From positions 145,521 through 160,515 of the forward strand of contig NW_013657627.1 of the NCBI RefSeq assembly GCF_000142905.1: a stretch of 14,995 nt of DNA, given 5' to 3'. The notes beneath the pieces were generated by a model. It ran no database searches. It was not told the origin of the DNA and saw nothing but the letters and a program-made list of their open reading frames with translations. Made by a program: the position numbers and the translations under genes. Positions 8,567 through 14,995 of the stretch are shown one piece after another. This DNA comes from Thecamonas trahens ATCC 50062 (taxonomy: Eukaryota; Protista; Apusomonadida). How positions within the stretch are numbered: position 1 is the first letter of the stretch; each line of letters begins with the position of its first letter.

Positions 8567-8767
8567 GCCTCGGACGCGGCCCTTCCGGGCCAGTTGCTCC
8601 TGATCCAGCTGCTTGGCCAACCGTAAACGACTCGATTGTGCACACGCCATCCGTATCTGCACCATTGGAGACGCTAACCGGGTTGCTGGGACGTCGACAC
8701 GTCGGGCTCGCCCCGGCGGTCTGGCGGTCGGCGGCGGCGGGCAAAGGCACTTAACGCGGCGAGCTCG

Positions 8768-11700
8768 ATGCTCACGGTCTCCCGACGAGCGCTAACACGG
8801 GCATGGCAGCACGCGCGAGCCGCTGTGGCAGCCTCCAGCATGCTGAGGTTCTCCACCACATCCATGGCGACTGCAAGCGACAAGGATACATTTGAGCGTA
8901 CGTATGCCCTGCGACACCTCTGTGTTGTCCTCGGCTGGCTGGGATGGGCGCCGTGCCGTGTCGTCCTCTGTGGGCCCGGCGGAGGGGGAAGGGGGGGGGG
9001 GCTCATAGTGGCACAGCACTCACTCATCAGTAATCGCATTGCCGAATCGTTGGCGGGGAATGATCTCGGTTCTGTTACGATGGTGCGCCTTTGATCTGGT
9101 TGCACTACATACGCGGACTGTCCTGATCTGGCCCCACCCCATGGACCTCCCCCCCCCCTCCCTGATCTGGTCATGCATCCGCGTGCCCGTGTCCCCACCT
9201 CCATGGAATACCCCCCGTAGTGTGCATCGGAGAAACTTGCGGCACGTTCCGAGAGGCGCGCAAGGCCGAGCTGGTGCCGTCGGGATACGCCTCGGAGCAA
9301 ATCGGCGAGCAGCACGGAAATGTGCTCGAGTGGATGATCCAGAAGGAGCTGCTTGCGCAAGACGTGTTTGTGCTTGGTGACGCAGGCTCGATGCGCAGGG
9401 AACTGGTCTTGGCGTATTGCGAGCTGGCTGAGCGCGAGGTCGAGTACATGCCGATCTCGCGTGATACTACTGAATCGGATCTGAAGCAGCGGCGAGAGAT
9501 TGCGGGCGGCAGCATCGCGTACGTCGACCAGGCAGCAGTTCGCGCTGCCAAGGCAGGCCGCGTTCTTGTCCTCGATGGCATCGAGAAGGCCGAGCGCAAC
9601 GTCATGCCCATCCTCAACAACCTGCTAGAGAACAGAGAGATGAACCTCGAGTCGGGCGAGCTGCTCATCGCACCGGAAAAGTACGACGCGCTCGAGGCCC
9701 AGCACGGCAAGGAGGCGCTCGACAAATGGGGCCTCATCCGCGTCCACGAGGACTTTCGCGTCATGGTCCTCGGCCTCCCTGTTCCGCCGTACGAGGGAAA
9801 CCGGCTCGATCCGCCGTTCCGTTCCCGATTCCAGGCCACTGCCCTTCCGCCGCCGTCGGCCGACGAGCTGCTCTCGCTTGCCCACGGCCTGGCCCCGAGC
9901 GTCCCGCTCGATGTCACCCGCTCGGTCGTCGGCTTTGCCCTCGCTGCCCACGCCGCGTCGGCGCCAGGCAAGGCGGCGGCCCACACCAAGGCCGCCGGCG
10001 ACAAGCCGCGCTCGCCGCTCCCGCTAGGCTTTCCGTTTTACCCGGGCCTGGCGCGGACGTTCAACACGCTGGAGGCTGTCGCGTCCCAGGCGCCGGCAGT
10101 TGTCCCGCATCTGGTGACTCCACTGATGGACGCCACGTTTCCTTGGCGTGAGGCGCTCAAGGCCTCGTCTCCAGCGTCGGCATCCGAGGCCGCCTCGGCC
10201 ATGTCTGTCGCTGCCGCTCGCTTCAACCTCAAGGGGGCGAGCAAGGCCGCCTCTGATCTTGCCGTCCGCCGCCTCTCTGAAGCCTCAGCCCCGGGCTTTG
10301 CCGCCTTTGAGTTTGAGCACCCTGCCACCAACTCGCGGTTCGTGCTCGAGGCACCCGTCGGCACCCGCGCCGCCGACACTTTTATGGCCTCGGACGCCGC
10401 CCACGACTCGAGCGCAGTCGCCCACATCGTTCTCGCGCTCGCCACCGGGGTCGATGCGGCGGTGGTCGGCGGCCGCGGCGTCGGCAAGTCGCACGCTGCC
10501 AAGTCGGTCGCCGCCCTGCTTGGCGTCGACCTCGAGGTCCTCCCCATGTACAAGGACATGTCGACTCGCGATCTGCTGATGCGGCGGACGACGTCGGTCG
10601 AGGGCAACACGGCGTGGGAGCCGACGCCGTTGGTCCTCGCCGCGCTCGACGGCTCGCTCTGCGTCCTCGACGGCATCGACCGCATCGACCCGGGATCGCT
10701 TGCTGTTCTTCAGAGCCTCCTCCACCACCGCAGTGCGACGCTGCCGAACGGGCTCCGCCTGGTCCATCCGGACGCGCCCGAGGCACTCGTGCGCGACCCC
10801 ACCGAGGTTGAGCGCCTCCTTCGTGCCGCCGATGCATCCGAGGCCGCGCCGCTTCCGGTTCATCCGGCCTTTCGGGTCCTTGGCCTCGGCCTCCCGCCCG
10901 CGTCGGGCGCACCGTGGCTCAACTCGGAGGCCGCCACCCTCTTTCGCACCCATGTCCTCCCGCCGCGGAGCCAGGCTCAGTTTGAGGAGCTCCTTGCCGC
11001 GCTTTTCCCGTCGCTCGAGGCTGCAAGCCTGCAGCGAATCACCTCGCCGCGGCTCGGCCTCTCGCTCCGGCAGGCTATCCATGTGGCCAAGCGCGTCGAA
11101 TCGCACCCGGCAGATGAGCGCAACGCGGTCGAGCGGACGCTACTGGTCGCCTTTCTGCCCTCGGTCGAGCGCGAGGTGAAGACCGAGGTTCTTGACGAGG
11201 TCTTTGGAGCATCGCCCATCAAGGCTGCCGACGACGCGCCTGTCCGCATCGCAGTCACACCAGACGCAGTGACTATTGGCGACGTGTCGGCACCGCGGCG
11301 GGTCGGCGCCGACCCCACACTCGTGCCACAGATCGGCCACCGGTTTGCGGACATTCCAGCCCACACCGCGGTCCTCGAGTCGCTGCTCAAGGACTACTCG
11401 GCCGGCGAGTCGCTGCTGCTCATCGGGCCGCAAGGCGTGGGCAAGAACATGCTCTGCGACCGGTTCCTCGAGCTGCTCAACGCGCCGCGGCAGTACATCC
11501 AGCTCCACCGCGACTCGTCGGTGATGAGCCTGACGTCGAACCCGAGCTTTGAGGGCGGGGTGCTGTCTTGGGGCGACTCGCCGCTGGTCAAGGCCGCCAT
11601 CCACGGCCATGTTCTTGTGGTCGATGAAGCTGACAAGGCGCCGCTGGAGGTCGTCGCCGTCCTCAAGTCGCTCATCGAGGACGCCCACATGCTGCTGCCC

Positions 11701-14700
11701 GATGGGCGCAAGCTAGTGGCGCCCGAGGTGGCGGCGGCGCTCGGCAGCAACGCCGGCCTCGTCCCCATCTCGCCTGACTTTCGGGTCATCGTCCTCGCCA
11801 ATAAGCCAGGCTTCCCGTTCCTCGGCAACGACTTTTACCGCGAGTGTGGCGACTTGTTTGCCGTCCACTCGATCGACAACCCAGACGCGGCGTCCGAGCT
11901 GATGATGCTGCAGGCGCATGCCAAGGGCGTTGACGACGCCTTGCTCAAGTCGCTCACTGCGGCGTTCCGCGACCTGCGCGCCTCGGTCGATGCCGGTCAT
12001 CTCTCTTATCCGTACTCATCACGCGAGCTGGTGGCTATTGTGCGGCATGCGTCCAAGTTCCCGTCGTCGGGCCTCGCCGGCGCCCTCCACAACGTGTTTG
12101 ACTTTGACGCCCACGATCCGGCGGTCCTTGCGCTACTGGCGTCGACGTTCCGGGCGCATGGCTTGCCGCTTGGCGTCACACCGCAGTTCCGAACTGCAGT
12201 GGCGCCTGCGGTGCCGCTGGGCGAGCCGCTGGAGGTGGCGTCGTGGGCCAAGGTGCCCGGCTCGACCGTGAGCGTCGAGGCTACTCAGGTCGAGCTCGAG
12301 GCCGATGCCGAGTTTGACTGGGAGGCGCCGTCGCCGGTGGCCTGCACCGATGACGGCGGACGGCCGGGCCTCGACGCCAACATCTTCAACGAGCACGTCG
12401 GTACGACTCGAGTGCCGAGCCGCGGCCAGCCGGTGGCAGTGGCGACTGGCGGCGATGGTGGCGTCCACGTGGTCGGCTCCTCGCCGGAAATGCTGTTCTC
12501 GTACTCGGCAGATCGGCGGAGCTACACCACGCTTGACCTCTTTGCCAGCAGCGGCGGCGACGGCTTTGGTGGCGCTGGCCGGTACGTGCCGAACATCGAG
12601 ATTGCCGCGCTGCCGCGGGACCAGAAAATCTTCCTTGCCTACCAGGGCGAGGGGCTGCTGCTCGACCTGGCTGCCCGGCGTGGGCAGCGGTTCGAGCTCC
12701 CGGCCGGGACGGTCGGCGGCCACGCGCAGATCAACGCCATGGCGTCATCGTTTTCGATCTGGGGTCAGAGCACGGGCGGGAAGCGGTCGCGGCTGGACGA
12801 GGAGCTCGTGGTCAACGCGGCGCTTGCAGAAGAGCTCTCTGCGCTTGTGCTCTACTCGCCACGTGGCGACCTCATTCATCTACTCTACGCCAACAACGTG
12901 CTAGAGACGGTGACACTGCCCAAGGGTACAGAGCTCGCCGCTGTCGACCCGATCTCGCCGCTGGTGTACCTGCTGACGCTCGACAATGGACAGCGGGCGC
13001 TGCTGGAGGGCGACCGGGCAACGCCGGGCTTTGCCAAGTTCAGCCTGCTGCGCGGGAGTGGCGCGAGCGAGCTGCGCGTGGCTAGCAAGGTTGGGGCGCC
13101 CAAGGTGGTTGCGGCCGGCGGCGAGGTCATGGCTGCGATCGACGATGGGGCGCTGAGCGCAAGCGAGGGCAGCGCCGAGAGCGGCAAGATGCTCGGATGG
13201 ATGCGGAGCGAGCACGCAGGCGCCGGGCGGACGGTGGTGGCATCGGTCCACTGCCGGGCGAGCGGCGAGAATGAGGACCAAGCATTTGTGGCCGACCGTG
13301 GATCGGATGGCAACGTGGTCAACGTGCTGGCGTGCGAGGAACCCGGGACGTACGAGCTGGAGGTGGTGGATCTCGGCGCGCACACGGTGCGGCGGTTTGG
13401 ATTCGACGCGCGGTCCGGCATGATGGCAGCGATGGTGGAGGCCGAGAGCGCGACAGGAGCCTCGGGCTTGCGGAGCTCGCGAAGTGCGCCGTCTGTAGTC
13501 GACGCGGTCGAGCTGCCGCACGGGTGCGTGGGCGTGCAGATGACAGACGGCGCGATGTACGTGTTTAAGGTCGACGCGCTGGCGCTCGAGGCTGAGCTGG
13601 CGCGGTGGCAGGGCTTTGCCGGCAAGGGCGAGGGCGGCAGGCGGGCGCGGCGGGTGGAGAAGAAGCGGACGCGGCACCGGAGCCCGACGGCGCCCAAGCA
13701 CGGCAAGATCGATCCGGACAACACACCGCACGTGGGCGGGAACCAGTGGCACGGTGGAACCGGCGGGGCAGACACAGCCGGGCTTGGCGGCGTGGGCGGC
13801 CCGTACCGGGTTGACGCCGGGCACAACGTGCACCAGGTGCCGGACTCGGTGAAGGCCGAGCTTGACGCGGAGACTGCGGCGGCGGCGCGGGCGATGGGCG
13901 AGGCGGCGCTGGCTGAGCGGCTGAAGGAGATCGAGATGTCGCACCACGAGGCGGGGCTGTACGACCGGTACCGGTCGTCGGTGGCGACGCCGATCCGTGA
14001 GCTGGAGGTCCTGCTCTCGTCGCTCGAGGCCAAGAACAAGGAGCGGGCGTGGTTGAGCCACCAGTCGACCGGCGATTTGGACGAGGCCAAGCTGGTGGAG
14101 GGCCTGACAGGCGAGACGAACGTGTACAAGCGGCGCGGCAAGGCGACGAGTCTGCCGTCTGCGGCGCAGCGCAAGCCCAAGAAGATGTCGTTTGTGCTCG
14201 ACTGCTCGGGCTCGATGTACCGGTTCAACGGGCTCGACGGGCGGCTGGAGCGGCTGCTGGTGTGCAGCCTTATGATTATGGAGGGTCTTGCGCCGGGCGT
14301 GGCGGCGGGCACGCTGCAGTACTCGATTGTGGGCCACTCGGGCGGCTCGCCGGCCATTCCGCTGGTGAGCTACGACGCGCCGCCCGCCAACGAGGCCGAG
14401 CGGCTGCGTGTCCTCCAGACCATGGCCGCACACTCGCAGTTCTGCCCGTCGGGTGACCACACCGTGGAAGCGGCGCAGCTGGCAATGGACGCTATGGCCG
14501 AAGAGGACGCCGATGAGAAGTTTGTCTTTGTGGTGAGTGACGCCAACCTGGCGCGGTACGGCATCCCGGCGTCGGCGCTCGGCAACGCGCTGGCCTCGCC
14601 CGACTCGGACGACATTGCCGGATACGCAGTCATGGTGGCCTCGTTTGGCGACGAGGCCTCGGACATTGTTGCCGCCGTCGGTCCTGGCCGTGGTTTTGTC

Positions 14701-14760
14701 TGCTCGGATCCTGCCGAGCTCGTCGATGTCTTCCGTGAGGTGGTCAAGTCGACTCTGTAG
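8768..14760 (+). CDS. VWA8: VWA8 (KIAA0564) multi-AAA+ ATPase with C-terminal VWA domain; join(8768..8897,9221..14760), 1889 aa
   Basis: First AAA module: QKELLAQDVFVLG...SRDTTESDLKQRREI...LVLDGIEKAERNVMPILNNLLENREM...LDPPFRSRFQA. Walker A motifs GGRGVGKS and GPQGVGKN. Walker B LVVDEADKAP. FPFLGNDFYR and YPYSSRELV motifs. Hallmark Gly-rich PKHGKIDPDNTPHVGGNQWHGGTGGADTAGLGGVGGPYR. MIDAS DCSGSMYRFNG. Exon 1 joins in phase to give ...DTFE-L-CIGETC. Confidence 0.95.
8898..9220 (+). other. Spliceosomal intron in VWA8 (323 nt, phase 1)
   Basis: Donor GTACGT at 8898 and acceptor ccccccgTAG ending at 9220, with C-rich tracts and CTGAT motifs upstream. Removing it fuses ORF 8768 in frame with the 1846-aa ORF (c + tg = Leu). 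Confidence 0.85.
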
Positions 14761-14783
14761 CCTGCGGCGGTGATCAAAGTGAC

Positions 14784-14800
14784 GTGTGTGTGTGTGTGTG
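14784..14800. repeat. (GT)8 microsatellite just downstream of the VWA8 stop
   Basis: gtgtgtgtgtgtgtgtg read directly from the sequence. Confidence 0.9.
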
Positions 14801-14936
14801 ATTAAGGGGGCGGTGATGCGCGGGCCATGTAGCGTTGCGATGACTATCCTACGCATGAGATGTGGAATACCAGACGTGCGTAGATGTGGCTGACAGTGCG
14901 ATGGTGGTGATGTGAGAGGTGGGAAGAGCAGAACAA

Positions 14937-14995
14937 GGGCGGGCGGGTGGTCGGGCGGGCGGGTGGTCGGGCGGGCGGGCGGGTGGTCGGGCGGG
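14937..14995 (+). repeat. G-rich tandem repeat, (GGGC)2-3 GGGTGGTC units, truncated by the window end
   Basis: gggc gggc gggtggtc gggc gggc gggtggtc gggc gggc gggc gggtggtc gggc ggg. Confidence 0.9.

Noticed and set aside
9031-9082. Possible extra micro-exon inside the VWA8 intron (catcAG ... atg|GTGCGC)
   Set aside because: Neither donor (8898 or 8902) gives a phase that rejoins the main frame at 9221, whereas the single intron does.
9061-9171. CRISPR-like periodic repeat
   Set aside because: The repeated core is only about 8 nt, the context is a eukaryotic intron, and there are no cas genes.
9220-9222. GTG start assigned to the 1846-aa ORF
   Set aside because: The G is the last base of the intron acceptor TAG. 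The likely start is ATG 8768 in exon 1.
12885-14856. Long antisense ORFs (490 aa and 651 aa) opposite the VWA8 3' region
   Set aside because: Shadow ORFs expected from GC-rich codon bias. They are Ser/Arg/Ala-rich with no recognisable domain and lie over a highly conserved gene.

Overview
This is GC-rich, gene-dense, intron-poor eukaryotic DNA, probably from a protist (an apusomonad such as Thecamonas is only a guess from style). It holds five genes. (1) A MED25-like Mediator subunit (27..2216 +). (2) A gene with three CAP-Gly domains whose frame apparently shifts at about 3770 into a degenerate calpain-like/SOL-homology-like C-terminal half (2351..5211 +). (3) A Gemin2/SIP1-like gene on the minus strand (5157..5900) whose coding end overlaps gene 2 by 55 nt. 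(4) A cytoplasmic dynein-1 intermediate chain (6737..8566 +). (5) VWA8, an AAA+/VWA protein, as join(8768..8897,9221..14760), with exon 1 encoding a mitochondrial-type presequence. A 100-N gap (6336..6435) is flanked by a duplicated ~45-nt element that is probably an assembly artefact. The most unusual item is the putative CAP-Gly x3 / pseudo-calpain / SOH-like fusion. All family calls rest on motif recognition by eye and recalled consensus sequences; no searches were run.
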